Below are positions 63,209 to 64,000 of a DNA stretch of 64,000 nt, piece after piece (positions within the stretch are counted from its first letter, which is position 1; every line of letters starts with the position of its first letter). The notes beneath the pieces were generated by a model that saw only the letters and a list, made by a program, of their open reading frames with translations, had not been told where the DNA came from and did no database searches. Source of the DNA: an uncultured delta proteobacterium (GTDB taxonomy: Bacteria; Myxococcota; Myxococcia; SLRQ01). The position numbers and the translations under genes were made by a program. Where the stretch lies: assembly GCA_963727485.1 (NCBI GenBank), contig CAVSGM010000003.1, forward strand, positions 1-64,000, read 5' to 3'.

Positions 63209-64000
63209 ATGAAGGACCTCCAGGAGAAGATCGAAGCCGCCTACGCCGACAAGGCCCTCCTCGACGACCCCGAGTACGCCGAGGCGGTGCGGCAGGTCAT
63301 CGGCCACCTCGACCGGGGCGCGCTCCGGGTCGCCGAGAAGCAGGGCGACGCCTGGACGGTCAACGCCTGGGTGAAGGAGGCGATCCTCCTCTACTTCTCG
63401 CTCCAGCAGATGGAGACGGTGCAGGTCGGCGCCTACGAGTACCACGACAAGATCCCCCTGAAGACCGGGCTCGCCGAGCAGGGGGTGCGCCTGGTGCCCC
63501 CGGGGACCATCCGCTACGGGGCCCACTGCGAGCCCGGCGTCGTGGTCATGCCCGGCTACGTGAACATCGGCGCCTACGTCGCCACCGGGACCATGGTCGA
63601 CACCTGGGCCACCGTGGGCAGCTGCGCCCAGATCGGCAAGGGCGTGCACCTCTCCGGGGGCGTCGGGATCGGCGGGGTGCTCGAGCCGCCGGGGGCCTCG
63701 CCGGTGATCATCGAGGACGGGGCCTTCATCGGCTCGCGGTGCATCGTGGTCGAGGGCGTGGTCGTGGAAGCGGGCGCGGTGCTGGGCGCGGGGACGGTGC
63801 TCACCGCCTCCACGCCCATCATCGACGTGCGCGGCACCGAGGAGAAGGTGGTCAAGGGCCGGGTGCCGGCGCGGGCGGTGGTGGTGCCGGGGAGCCGGCC
63901 CAAGGCGTTCCCCGCGGGGACCTACCACATGCCCTGCGCCCTCATCATCGGCGAGCGCTCCGAGAAGACCGACAAGAAGACCTCGCTGAACGCGGTGCTC
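63209..64000 (+). CDS. dapD: Tetrahydrodipicolinate N-succinyltransferase; runs off the 3' end and is absent from the ORF track
   Basis: MKDLQEKIE...LDRGALRVAE...WVKEAILLYF...HDKIPLK...TMVDTWATVGSCAQIG...LSGGVGIGGVLEP. Confidence 0.95.
   Translation, partial: MKDLQEKIEAAYADKALLDDPEYAEAVRQVIGHLDRGALRVAEKQGDAWTVNAWVKEAILLYFSLQQMETVQVGAYEYHDKIPLKTGLAEQGVRLVPPGTIRYGAHCEPGVVVMPGYVNIGAYVATGTMVDTWATVGSCAQIGKGVHLSGGVGIGGVLEPPGASPVIIEDGAFIGSRCIVVEGVVVEAGAVLGAGTVLTASTPIIDVRGTEEKVVKGRVPARAVVVPGSRPKAFPAGTYHMPCALIIGERSEKTDKKTSLNAVL

Overview
Very GC-rich (visually ~70-75%) bacterial DNA. It is most consistent with a Myxococcota-like organism: MYXO-CTERM tail, Ser/Thr kinase with PEGA-like repeats, Cys-rich lipoproteins and a myxobacterial-type Y1 transposase. 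About 45 genes are present: housekeeping (sodB, fadI/fadJ, hemE, protoporphyrinogen oxidase, glgP, partial dapD), lipid and peptide catabolism, and many envelope proteins. At least 13 genes carry single-base indels. About half of the indels sit at GATC, which points to long-read consensus errors (possibly at methylated GATC) rather than true pseudogenes. Most notable: (1) a probable single polypeptide of class III adenylate cyclase, caspase-like CHAT protease, TM helix and CsgG/TolB-like domain, translationally coupled to a secreted CsgG/TolB-like TPR partner (59259-63153); (2) a Cys-rich lipoprotein ending in an intact Hint domain, one of four mosaic paralogs built from shared Cys modules; (3) a RAYT-like HUH transposase preceded by an exact match to the PafBC/RecA-NDp promoter pattern and a REP-like hairpin, plus a duplicated 120-bp hairpin element 5 kb away; (4) an HDAC with a putative GNAT-fold C-terminal domain; (5) a tandem double ATP-grasp ligase in a peptidase/amidohydrolase gene run. 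No rRNA, tRNA or CRISPR array was seen. All family calls come from motif recognition by eye; no searches were run.
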